Shown here in pieces: positions 11,540 through 24,700 of a stretch of DNA of 59,340 nucleotides. Each line of letters starts with the position of its first letter. Position 1 is the stretch's first letter. Source of the DNA: Phoronis australis (lineage: Eukaryota; Animalia; Phoronida); contig NMRA01000787.1 in the NCBI GenBank assembly GCA_002633005.1, positions 85,250 to 144,589 on the forward strand. Reading direction: 5' to 3'. The translations under genes and the position numbers were made by a program. The notes below the pieces were generated by a model. That model saw only the letters and a list, made by a program, of their open reading frames with translations. It was not told where the DNA came from and did not search any database.

Positions 11540-13784
11540 GTAATCATCTACTGAGTGGAGTTCAATACCCGTCTCACAGCGAGAAAAATCAAGTCAAAAT
11601 CGTAAGTCATGCTCTTATTGAAAATACACTGCAATAGCTCCAAAGACTGCACTATGAACTCAACCTTAGAGATAAGTAATTCATGAAACAATACTTATTA
11701 GTTGAAGCTCAGAGTGACTCAAATTTTTGACTTGGTGACTTCTAGGCATTTTTCAAAGTCCCCAAATTTGACAACTGCAGCCAAGGTAGGAAGACCTCAA
11801 GTTAGAACAGAGAGCATGGTTTTGGTGTGTTTTTTGAAAACTGATGTCACAGTTCACAATTTTTAGATGTACATTGTTCGAAAATAGCAGTTGTAGATCT
11901 TGGCACAAAAACAATTCAAGTTTTAAAATAGTTCCCTCATTACTTAAAAGTAGTGCAGGTTTCAAAATGAATCAGGGGCACAGAGCAGTGCCACCTATGA
12001 TGCTTTTTTGTCCTTCCAGATCAGAAGGTTAAAGGGACTAAACCGGTATTTTGGGGGTTATTATTGGACAGGATGGATTCTTTTTAGTTTTAACAGAGCT
12101 ATGAAACAATAAAATCCATTGTTTTTTGACTTCACGACAATTCACCAAGTTTCTCTGATGTCTGCCAGACATTCACTGAAATCAAAATTAGTGATATTAT
12201 CAGTTAAGTAGGCTAAAATACTTGGATGCTTAATACATGGGGTTTGGCTCGGGGGGGGGGGGGTGGGGGTAGAACGTTCAGCAATGAATTCAGTTATTCG
12301 ATGCTAATTCTGTAAAATATGAACTTAACACTGACCTGTGGACCTCCAATCTGTTCAAGATTAACATCCACAGTATACATTACATTATGACCTCAAACAG
12401 ACCAATTGAAACTTGAAATGACCCAATAATGTTCATAGCATATTACAATCTTTAATAAAGTCTCATAAAAATTGAAGGTTCAGGGTAAAATTTTAGAAAA
12501 TGATAAAATAAATTCAAATAACATTTGAAATCCTAAGCCAGTAATGCTTTAAAAATTCTCCAGTTTGGGATAGTTTCTAAAATTTTGTATCGTTAAATGC
12601 AAGTCTAAATTGAACTTCTTCATTCTGAAGATTGGGACATCAGCAATTAATGGCATATGCTGTAATTCTCAAACAACGGACACTGAGTTAAGCATCGAAT
12701 GTAAGAAAATAGACTTGTTAGTTCATAAAGTTACTCAAAGTAGCTGCTGATGCAATATTTTTATGTGCCCACATATTATGAATTATGTTATAATTTGATC
12801 GTAATTCTTAAATTTGCGAAGGTCAGTGTTGCTCATTTGTTGAAAATGTGATATAAGCACCAATTGTCTAAACTGGAGAATTCTTACTGCAATGAATAAC
12901 AAAAAGTGCAGTGAACATTCCAGAATTCATAAATTTAAAGTTTAAAATACAAAGGATAACAACAATTGTTATTGTACAACAGCCACGTCCCAAAATACAA
13001 CAACGCCACTCTGACTGCATTATTTACCCATAAAGCAATATTGCTGTTGCTCTGCTCATCACTGTATCAAGTCAATATAATGCTAAGTGAAGCTGAATAA
13101 CCCACATTTCATCAAAGAAGAAAAAACTTTTGATTTAAGCTGCTTGCTGCTATATACAGCTAGTCTCAACTTGTTGCTTACTCTCAGAAAACTGATTTTT
13201 AAGGTTAGAAAGTTTGTTATTGTCTTAGACCAACATCATAACAGTAAGTGGTCCCAATCAACATTTTTGATGAAAGGCAGGTTAATAGCTGCTTGCGTAA
13301 GTTTTATTGCACAGTATATGGCAATGAGCAGGACACTACTTGAACAAACCCAGCTCAGAAGTGTGTGTAAGCAGCCTAACCTTTCATAAACTAAGCATTT
13401 TCTATGACAATGAAATAGAAGACTGAGTTGAATATAGGAGGTGACTCAAATTTGCAGCAGCTTTGCCTTATTTGCGGACAATGAAAACTGCATGAACAGC
13501 CAAATAATGGGCTGAGCTATTCAGAGTCCATAGGCAGTAATCAAACAATCCTCTTTTTAACTAGTAGACCATTCAGTTAGATACTCTGGGTCGAGATGAA
13601 CACTCCAACATGCAAAAATCAACAGAGCATCTTAAGCACTGGATATGTTTAGTTGTCACAAAACAATTGACACAACACTTAGATGTAACAATGTGATGTC
13701 ACCATTGATATCATCTATTTTATAACTTTTATACAACCTACAGCTGGTGACCAAGAAAGTCTACGAGATTACAAACCTTACTCC

Positions 13785-16700
13785 TTACCACTTTGGCTTG
13801 AGATACACCAGTTTAGTTAATTGTGAAACAATAGATGGCATCTGCTTCATGTCACTCGTCCATTCATAGTCAGTATCAGACATGAAGTGATATGCTACAA
13901 GCTTATTGACTAACGTGAGCATGTGAAGAAGGTCCATCTCTTCACAGCAGGCATCGAGAACTTTTGACAGCGCTTGAATGTACCAAGAACCATCCTCAGA
14001 GTTACGCCATGAGAAAAATCCTGTGAAATGCAAACAAAATTTAAGAGTTGAACGTAAATTTTCACTTTAAGACATAATAACGTAGAGTTTTAATTTTCTT
14101 TTTTTTTCATGAAAGATGACTTGCACCAAATTCATGCTTTACCATCAGAAAATTGGGTCTGAGAAATTGCAGGCAATCACAACAACATTAGAAGCTCTGG
14201 AAAGACAGAAAAAAGATTGATTTTAACAATTATCGTGTTAGTCCAAAGTTGGTGAGATACATTGGGAAAGAATTAAGTACTACTTAAGGTACTTAACTGC
14301 TTTGGACACACAGTGAAGATAAGATTCATTATATTAATTAACAAGGTTTGCAGTGGGCATAAATCCAAGGCAATTGTTCAAATGGTATGTCATATTATTC
14401 AGCCATGAGCAATTTTACAAGAAAATAAAAAGTACCACAAAGCCATATTTATCTTGCCTTGTAATGTAGGAACATGTTCACAAATGTAGATCAATAGGCT
14501 GCTCAAAAATGTGGCAACTAAAAGCAAGAACCCGACAGTACGCAACTGACCTGGCACAACAGAGTATGATACAAGGAAGTCAGCCTCTTCTGGAATTTTA
14601 AGTGTCTTTTCATTGCTTGGTACTGAGTCTGTTTCATCAGCGCTGTCGGCCACATCCACACCGTGGTCATACTTAGTACCCCGACATGCCTGAAAAGGGT
14701 CAACAGTTCTTATCACCTTGATGAATCCCGTACAGAATTACAGTAGCTGGTATTCAGACCTGGGTGGGAGGGCATTCAGTCCTAGTGTGACTCAGGCAGG
14801 AAGTGCAACCCTGACGTGCCATTCAGATGGTTGGACTCAATCATGGCAAATTTCTTCTGACACCGTAATTTTCCGATTGAGCTCCCGATAAAACAATCCA
14901 TTTCAATAACAATGGGTTGTGTTACTGGAACAACACTAGATACAAAACTGATATTTTGCAGACAATGCATAGCTTCATCCAAATACATTTGTACAGTTGA
15001 TTCATGTTCTTCTCCCAGAAGATTTACAACTTCATTGATATGACCAAAACAACACACAGTTGGACAATTTACCTGAATAAAGAAGAGCTTGGGTTTGCCC
15101 ACTAGGGTGCGGCACTTGTCACCTTTGAACTTATCCAGGATGAAGTTAATGGGAACAGTGCCGTTTGTGCAATAGAACGTGCCATCTCGGCCATGAGACA
15201 TGAGAACAAACACCAAACAGTCGGAGTTTGAGTAGTTGCGTTCAGATGCTGGAACAAAATATCATGGTGAGAAGCTAAAATTATGCCTTTTCTCTCACAT
15301 AATTATAGCAATCTGATAAACCAATCGATTTTTGTAATAAAAATTAGCGCATATACACATTATTACAAAAGCTGAAACTTTGAAAATAAACATGACTTTT
15401 ACCAATTGACTCTAAGAGGGGGGAGGTTAGGTTAAATAGAAATAGTTTAAGGATGACCCTCTATTAAAAAGAAAATGTCTCAAGTTTCTAGATTTTCTCC
15501 AAAAATTAAAAAGTGTTACTAGTACCTATACTTATTTTAGAAGAACAGGTAACAGGTGAGTTGTAATTTCAGCAAAAAAAAACAAAAAACCTGGGCCAGG
15601 CATTTCTCTATAAATCTTATGTCGTATTTACCCTTGAAAACGATATCGGTCAATTGCAGAGTAGTGACATCAGCATAGCAAACAACTTCGAACCCCAACT
15701 TTAAAAATGCTGATTCCATCAATTGCACATCAACTTCTGACCCTTTTCGTTCCTGTTGCCCTGTTTTCTCCTCAAAATGCCTGTTGTTAACAATAATTGC
15801 AGTACCCCTTTCATCATGGTCAAACTTGTAGGACACATTTCTCAGCACACAGTTGTCCAGCGGAGTGCCAGAGGATAGCTGTCTGAAAAAAAAAACGGGC
15901 AGACAGTAACTTGACTAATGCTACAATAGTAGCAGAAACCCCAGCACCACAAAACGAGCATGGGAGATCATCTTGATTTTTTAGAACACCCCTATGATGC
16001 ACTACACGAGATTGAGAACCTTGCAAGACTTCCAATACATTTCTGTAAAGTTTTTGTATAAAAGCCTAACTCAATTTAGTCCTTTTGTATACTGTATGAT
16101 TGTGAGTTACTTAACAGATCGAAATAAGATACCACAAGTACATGCAAAATTGACAGGTAAATACTGGTAATATTACAGGAAATTACATCGCCGTGTACGC
16201 TGCAGATGTACACAGGCAATAATAGTCTACCCCATCAGAAGTTACGCATTTCAAATAAAACATCTAATGAAACATGAATGTATACATTTAGTTATAATTG
16301 CCATGACTCTGGACACAATTTAGTTAACATAATATGGACACATCCATGAAAATCTGTCAACAGGTGCCATTTTGAGGAAGTTATTAGAAATCATGCCAGC
16401 AGAATCATTAAAAATTCTATGGGACAATAATCTTACAAATTTCACAGGATATCTTCCCATGCTATGTTTTGCTAGACAGTGTCGGACCGCCTATAGCTGG
16501 CCGCAGTAAAGGAGCTTCATAGCCCGGAAGCTTTTCGTCGAATTATGCCTCACACTGATTAGAACATTAAAGTCACGTTGTTATAAGTATCACAAAAGAT
16601 AATACACAAAAAGATAATAGCGGCCAAAAAGTGGAGAATCAAAAAGCATTGCTGAAGAAAGTAAGTGCTTTTTTAAGTAACATTTTTAAGTGTCATATAT

Positions 16701-17250
16701 TAGCAAAGATCGAGAAAACATCTCATTCAGTAAGTGGATTTGGCCTACCAACTGTTTAAAAGACACGGGATGAGGTTAGTACAGAAATATTGTAGCACAT
16801 TCATAACCAGCCAATGCTACAGCGTGTTTCTTACTGCTAGTACTAGTAAACTAGTGTGAAGACTTAGTGCATGACAATATCCCCAGAAGAATTGTGTGAT
16901 CATCATGTGTTTTTGCAAGTTTCCTGTGTCTACAGACAGTACCCGGCAATTCCATTCCAAGTGAAATAAGAAGACTGGTAAAATAGAAAGAAAAAACTGA
17001 ATCTTGAGAAATGCTGAACTGAATAACTGAGTGAAACTACTCAACTTGAGTCAAGACTAAAGTAAAGGGAAATGTCTGATAAAGTAGACTAAAATTTTGT
17101 GGCTTATCGGTATGATAAATTATATACACATCGCACCCGTTTATTGATATTTTAGCAATAATACCTAACGGAATCCGAAATTCGCCCACTTGACGATTCG
17201 TTATGTTCGCCGGTAGCATCAATAAAATCCGCCATCCCGGAAGCAGCCAT
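13785..17250 (-). CDS. Effector caspase (caspase-3/7-like), 295 aa, 5 exons
   Basis: Exons 17250-17165, 15882-15632, 15248-15073, 14689-14551, 14020-13785 join in frame through GT-AG introns (888 nt). Motifs: RGTAIIVNN, catalytic SHG, KPKLFFIQ|ACRG, linker DETD, SWRN..GSWYIQ, KQMP..SQLTK. Short prodomain. Exon 1 is inferred from phase and ATG context. Confidence 0.93.
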
Positions 17251-17744
17251 TGTTTTGACGTAAAGCGTCATCTAGCGAATACTCAAGAAACCTCTTTTTC
17301 GATAATCAAAGAGAGAAAGAACCAATTCTGTTGGCAGTTTTGGCCAATATATAAGCGATATCATTGGTTTTTGACCTGCTGGTGGATACCAGGCGCATGA
17401 TTCATGTGCTGATTCGTTAACATACGTCAACATTTTTAAACGTGAAGTAGTATTCCTGGTGGTGAGTTCAGGAACTATTGAGGATTCCCCTCAAGCCTCG
17501 GTCTGAACCATAGGGGAGTTTCCGAAAATGGATTCTTGTACGTGATCGAAGGTCAACGAGCAAAGAGCATGGATGAAATACTGCGTTTGGAGGGGGTAGA
17601 GGTATCTCCAGCCAGAACTGAAGGACCTCCAGATGTGTTTTCATGCGACAGATTCTCTTTTGTTAAACCTAGGTACTCTGCATTACATCTTCTTGCCCTT
17701 GCCCTTGGCCTTGTCTCCAGACTAACTAACGCACACACAGTCGT

Positions 17745-17890
17745 CTCTGAGTCTGACTCTACCTCGACAGTGACCACCGTCTCTAGATGTCCAGTAGAGA
17801 CGGTGTAGCTCCTATAGGAGCTTCATAGGCCGGAAGCTTTTCAGAAAATTATGCCTCACACTAGCTAAAACATCAAAGTCATGTTGTTAT
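17745..17890 (+). repeat. Dispersed repeat; other copies at ~16520-16585 (+) and ~39205-39315 (-)
   Basis: Shared core GGAGCTTCATAGSCCGGAAGCTTTTC..AATTATGCCTCAC; the 39.2-kb copy also shares CAGTGACCACCGTC and AGAGACGG. Confidence 0.8.
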
Positions 17891-18785
17891 TTGCCCATAG
17901 GGAGACACCTTAGCCTAAAGTGTCCCCCTATACTAGGCTTCAAGCCTGGCTGCCTTTAATTCCTTCCAACTCGAACAAGTACCCCAGTTATCATTTTTTT
18001 TTCTTCCAGCAGTCCCTTGTTCAGTTCCCAAAATTTGGAATTGTTTGTTGAGGAGTTTAGCTTGCTCCTTAGCCTTGGTGACTAGTTTCCCAAGATCTTT
18101 CTATGACGGATATGACTCCGATATTTTCAGATCTCACAGATCTTACATGAGTCCAAAAGTTCTTGTTTGGTTTACTTCCATTGTCTAAGTCAGTATCCAT
18201 TACGCACCCGCACAGTGGAATGAGTATCCCGATTGACTGGTCGGCCATTCAGGATACAGCTGTGTCGTTATCAGTTTGACAACATGGTAAATTTTTTGGG
18301 CCTGACATGGGCGATTTCAAATGAATTTTAAATCTGTTCATAGGGGATTGGGCCAAGTTTCGACCCCAAAATCAAGGCATCGACGGCCATGAATTTGATT
18401 AAATATTATGTCCTGCTTTCAACTATTGACAGTTTTTTTCACCAGACAACAATTGATTACTAAAATTTGTTAACCGTTCACATATTCATCTGATTCTGTG
18501 ACACAAGTTCTGCTTAAGGAGGAGAAGGTTGATTGTGGGACGAATTGTTACAAAATTCTTTTTACTGAACAGGAATTGTTTCACCTGATGGCTTTAATGG
18601 CATTTTTGTTGGTTTTTTGACATTCCCCGCGGTATTACATGACAGTGGAAATGTGTCGCCATTTTCCCTTATCATTCACACATTAATAGAGTTAGTTGCT
18701 AAAGAATATTAAATGAAACTTAATCACCTAAAACAAACCTATGGCAGGATTTAAGGGCAGAATTTGACTGTGAAATGTTTTTCAG

Positions 18786-21700
18786 ATGGATGGAGGACCA
18801 TGAGGCCAGTGTTTGTCCATTATGTTTGAAGGGCTTTGGACAACTAAGGAGAAAGCACCACTGCCGGCAATGTGGGCGGGTGTTATGCAGCAAATGTTGC
18901 TTTGAGAAGGTACTGGGCAGACTTTTCATTTGGTCACGCAATGAAAGAGGAATTTTTCCTCTTTATTTGAACTACATCATCTGTATACAACTTGTGTGAA
19001 ACTACATTGTAGGTTTAAATTTTGAAAATGTACATTGTTGAAAATGAAAAGTAGTTTTGAAGCAATATTTACTGATTTTCAAGTATTTTTTCTGGTTTCA
19101 ACCTTTGTTTTGCCGTAACTTTGACAGAATCATGTGCTTAAATATGCATGTGGTAAAGTTAGTCATTATCGCTCACTTTTTGTGGCTATTATTTGCCTCA
19201 AAACAAAAGAACCTAATTTCTTAAAGCATAAGATAAAGTCTAGACGTTTTTGGCGTGATGGCGTATGCACACACTAGCTGTTTTTCATTTTAAACAAAAA
19301 ATATAAACTTTCAATTAATTTTGATATTTATCCCGTGTGTTGTCTTTTTCCTGCATTCTTATTGGCTTTCAAGAAATATCTCCAAAGAAGGTAAGTGTAG
19401 ACCTGACTAGTTTTGTTGTTTTAGCCAATCTTTTGAGAGTCACTGTGCCAAAACCTACATTTAATTTTGTGTCAACATTTTCAACCAAGCAACAAATTGC
19501 AGTAGTTTTACTAAAACCTCCTTTACCCAGTTACAAAAATGCTTTATCTTTAGACACCAAAAAATTAGTTTTAAGAAACTTTAGTACGAGCTGGGTGTTT
19601 GTGAAAGGAATGACGTGATGTTGATGTTCAAAGATTGATATTGTCATTTTGTTAATAGCTGTCAGATATTGTGTTTGTTGAATTCAATTTATAATTTTGA
19701 TGGAACTTTTACACAGTTATGAAAAGAAAAGTACATTATGGCAGAGCTGTTGTGGGCGGAGAAATAATGATTAACTGTACTTACGTTGTGATAGACTGTC
19801 CCGAGTAGCCTGCTCACCCTACTCCAATAGTGCCAGTAAACTTATTTCTCTAATCGACTTAAAAATTATATCACATTGTTACCCTCACATTATTAGTTTA
19901 ATTAGTGTGAAGTATTCCAATCAGTAATAATAGCATGAATGTCCAGTTTGTAGTCTTAAAAATCCCTATAATTGCTGCATCACGGTTATTTTGCTTAAAA
20001 ATTTGTATTTCAAAAAATAACACAATTGCCTTTTCAGTAGATGTCTTATTTGTCTTTTATGGCGTTTCACTGCTTCACCATTAGGTGCCATTGCCACAAC
20101 TTGACCTCTATGATCCAGAGAGAGTCTGTGAGAAATGTCGACCCGTTTCACAGTTTGTCACCAAGTCATTTTCACCTCAGCAGGTAAGTACAGTTCAAAC
20201 AAAATAATTATGTTATTAAGAGTGTTTTTAATTTACAAATAATATGGTAGTGTTTGTTAATATTTCTTACAAAAATACTATGTACAATAATAAGAATTAA
20301 GCCCAGAAAGCATTATATTTGGGCATAGTTACAAATAATAAAGTGAAATGGGTTTCATTTAATTACATGTCAAAAATACCTGGACAGAATGAACAAAAAC
20401 TCTTTGCCTATTAGGTAAGAGTTAACAGAAATTTCTTCTTCCTGTGAGAGGATATATGTGAGAATGACCTGTCTCTGTGACACTACAAAAAGTTGTTCTT
20501 TAAGTTTTACTATTTAATTCTTTTACGTATTGGGATTGTTGTGAAATATGAACCTAACCAGGATGAGTTCTGCAGGGCTAGTTTCTTACGAGTTGTTGAG
20601 GTAAGGCAAAAACATGACAGTGAAAGTCCAGTAATTTGAAAATAAGCTCGAAGCCTTGTGCGCAGTTAGCAAAATTTACTGCCAATGAAACAATTCTGTG
20701 GTGTCTCTCTATTTCCATTCCATTAGCAAAGATTTTTTTTTTGTCACAGGTGCCTCAAGAGTTACTTGCATGATGAAATACTCCCTTGGCTAGCTGTTGT
20801 GCTGAGTCTTTAAAGGCGAAGGCAACCTTTTTCCATGTCATTTTGAGCTAAAATAAGGTTGATTGGTTATCCTAGACATATTTTCCACTTAATTACATCT
20901 TTTCGTAATTTTATTAATTACTCGCCTGCTACTGCAGAAGTGACGTTTTAGGAGGCAAGCATTTCGCGCCAATTTCTTTTCATATAGTCTGACTGTGAGA
21001 GCTGCCGAGTCAGTCATTGTTCTACTTCGGTTGTGTTAAGTTCCGTCGTCGTTTGCTTTCATTTACTAGTCAGTCACTGTTGCTGCGTACCGGAATTTAC
21101 TAGTTATCTGCTCACGCGCGCTTTGGGAGTACCTTTGCATCGCTTTCCGATGGATGACACACTTCGCCGTATTTGGCTCGTTCGTGTGAAGAACGCAGCG
21201 TTACCTGTCCACGCAACGTACAAAGCAGTGGAGAATTACCGTGTGTGTGGCAAGCACTTTCTGCTCTCCGCTTACGAAAGGGATTTTTACGCTGAACTGA
21301 TGAAGGTCCCTGCGAAACAACGCCTGAAGAAGGATGCCATTCCGTCTGTGTTGATTCCCGGCAGTGCCCCATCGCCACCCCCGAGAAGTGCGTTTTTGAG
21401 GCGAGAAGCTTTGTGAGCTGTGGCCAGTACAGTGACTGGAGCCAGTGGAGGCACTTCATCTACTGTCACCCGTGCCTCCGAACGTACCCCAGAGCGTGCA
21501 ATTCCTGGAACCAGTAGTGATTCGCCCTGTGCTGTCTTCTCCAACCCAGAGCCTCTAAGCAGCCCTGCAGCGATATTGAGTAGTGGGAGTACTTGATTAC
21601 AGGCCCAGTTCGACACCCAGTGGAGAGGACAGTTTGTCGTTCAGTGAACAGATCGGTGAGCCAAACTTTGATAAGTTTATTGTGGACTTGTCTATTTAGA

Positions 21701-24700
21701 AGGTGCCAGGTGTGTGGCGAGGGAGTCACACGACACGATGTAAGCAGTTTGGGTGCTTAGGTCACCATCTAGTGGGAGTGTGTCGCGGGAGACTCTGGCA
21801 ACTGAGTGGGACAGTTGCTGCTCTGTCTGTGGTATGCCGGAGGTTCACTTAACCATGTCCAGTAGTGGCTTGGCCTCGTCGAACTCTGAACAGCACAAGC
21901 ATTCCATTGAGGTAGGCATAACAACGCACACAGTGCATTTGCACCAAGATGTGTCACCACGTCTGTCCTCAGTAGCCGCCTCGTTTCTCTCAACAGCTGC
22001 CTGTGCCTGTGCGTACTCTGCCTCGTTATACTCGGGCTCAAACATGTACCCACCCACTGAATGTCCGTGAAAAAATTCCTCGTCACCACTGCTGTGAACA
22101 AGGTCTCCGTCACTCACACTACTGTCACTGTGATACGGGTCACCGACTCCAGCCATTTTCAGCTTACAACACACTAAACAATCCCTAAATCCAACGTAGT
22201 TGAGTTCTCTACTAACCTATCTTGCCGCAGAATACTCGCCGATGGAAAGTGGTGGCGACAATTGTTGAAAAACAGCACAAAACAAAAGTAGAATAGAACA
22301 GATTCGCACGGTAAAGTCAACGCAAAACCAAGTGGCGGGAAACGCTTGCCTCCTAAAACGTCACTTCCGGAGTAGCGGACGAGTAATTTATAAAATTACG
22401 AAAAGCTGTAATTAAGTGGAAAATATGTCTAGGATAACCAACCAACCTTATTTTAGCTCAAAATGACATGGAAAAAGGTTGCCTTCGCCTTTAAATATTG
22501 TTTAATATCTCTCCACTGCTACCATTTAGACATTTATGCAGTCAGCTGCAGAAGGGTTGTCTCAGCTGGTTCTTCAGGCAGATCAGATCAAACAAGTGGT
22601 GGAACTTGGAGGTCTACACGTCTTAATTCACCTGGCTAAACAAGACTCTCTACCCATCAAGGTGAGCACATTTTGTTTTCAAATTTAATTTTCGAAACAG
22701 CCTTTATCATCAACATTTTCCCGTGTGGAGTGTAAAGACTCCCATCTGGAATGTAATTGTTTTTCTTCGCGGTGATGTGATGTAAACGCACCTAGTTACT
22801 TTTTCTTTCAACGTTCCCCTTAATGTTAAGGCCGCAATAAAATTACAATTATCCTCATAGGCGTATTTGCACTTTCCGAAACTAACCAACATCGTGACAT
22901 TTTATCTTGTTCCAAATTGGAATTGGACCCTACTGCTTCAGTGACTGCAACTAATTTGCCGTCACAAGAATTTTAAAGATGCTGGTCTGGAGAAGTAATG
23001 AGCTAACTCTTCTTCTCAAGCCTTAAAGTCTGTCATATGGTAAGACCTCGCAAAAATAATTGCCAGTAATACGATTGATCAATCAATCATCGCATACTGC
23101 TACAAAGTCTAAAACTGAATTCTTTACGCTTTCAGAAAATGTACAACGACAAATGGCTAAATGGATAGGCTCTGAATGACGTTAGTCATAACCAATTTAT
23201 GTAATATGTTTTTAGAGAGCAGTGGCATCGGGGTTGCATACCTTGTCAACAAACACGCCCTTGCACCCCCTGTTGGTGGAGAGTGGAGCTATCAAAGCTA
23301 TTTGCAAGTATGAGTCGCATTAACCTGTAATGTAAATCTTGTGACAACTCGTGTACGACCTTTAAGTCCATCACTGGTGTTGTTGAGCGTAACCATGGAA
23401 GCTCATGAGAACGAAATATTAAAAGTGGTGTTTACTTAAAATCTCCTGTTATTATCATTGCGTAATTCACCATGAACAGAAGTTCCTGAGGCGAGGTGTT
23501 TTTAAATTATGACTTGTGGTTTCAGTACTACTGCACTGCTGAACTTGTCACATCAATAAATTAAGGAAATAATTATTAATTGGAAGTGGATTTTTTCATT
23601 TAAAGATCTTTCTCCCTGTTAGTAATGAATCTGACATTATCTTCTTTTGCCTAGTGATTGTTTTGTTATTTACTGACAACACTCACCCACAAGCTAGTTC
23701 TTATCAGTATTGTGGTTTGAAAGCTATAAGCTCCACCTGTTGTTCATATAAGTCAGGCACCAACATTCCAGTAAAGATTTATTGTAACCACCTCACTTTC
23801 AGCACCAGTTGTGAGGTTGGCTTCTTGTGGGGGATCATAGATAATGTGGCAGCTCCCATTCTGAAGTAACTGATGCCAGGTAAAGGACATCTGTTTGTTT
23901 CCTGGACAGCTGATGTACCCATTCATCTCTATTCCACCAGGTGTCGAGAGCGCACCAGCCTGACCACCGCTCACTGGCTTCAAGGGGTTCGTGAGTGGGA
24001 GCTGCCTGTCCTGAGTCTAAGCAGTGGCAACTCTAACTCTACTTCTTTGTTTCAGTATACTGTCGAGTCCAGCGGCTGATGATCAGATGATTATTGATGG
24101 CATCAGTGCACTCATGATATTTGTTAAATCAGCTGAGTTCAAAACACAAGGTAAGTAGGTTTTCGTGTGGTAAAAGGTTGGATGAACTAAGCCACAGAGT
24201 TATACTTGGTACTGATGGATGTAAGATATAGTGCAAGACAAAAGTAGTCTAACAGCTTATTTAAGATGACTTATTCTTATTAAAATGACATTAGCAAGAA
24301 ATTAATGAATTTTGGACCTCAAAAGTAGGGCTGCCTATATTAATAACCCCACCCAAAGGGTGCCCCGTCATGGCGACTAATTCTGTTAACAGTAAAATTG
24401 GCTGATAATAATTATTAGGGCAGCAAAATTCAAATTACAGAGTGGACTAGCCACGTCATTAACTTTCCTGTTCATTCACCTACTTTCATGGTCACGAGAG
24501 AAGACTGACGTTGAATTTGGCTTCCTACAAGCCGCCATGACAGGGATTCTGGATTGTTTTTCTTAATACTTTGCCTGAATGCCCATAACGTAAAATTGAG
24601 GACTTGACAGGGACCTCAGAGGTCTCACACTTCACTGATTTATCCACATTATTTAGGAAATGCTTTGCCCAGTCACACATTGTGTGTCATAAAAGAGATA

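Larger units (their letters stand above)
20814..22490 (+). mobile_element. Non-autonomous Kolobok DNA transposon (internally deleted)
   Basis: TTAA at 20810-20813 and 22491-22494; AGG...CCT ends; ~157-bp TIRs; convergent THAP-transposase and KolX-like remnants. Confidence 0.85.

Noticed and set aside
11015-11637. Cluster of overlapping ORFs
   Set aside because: Explained by the GC-rich MITE at 11284-11539.
12251-12269. G-runs with quadruplex potential (also ~7481, ~39505, ~55796)
   Set aside because: Simple homopolymers, mostly inside MITEs; no specific functional evidence.
17536-17808. Overlapping short ORFs as a caspase prodomain or FYVE first exon
   Set aside because: No domain signature, no compatible splice sites, and they overlap a dispersed repeat.
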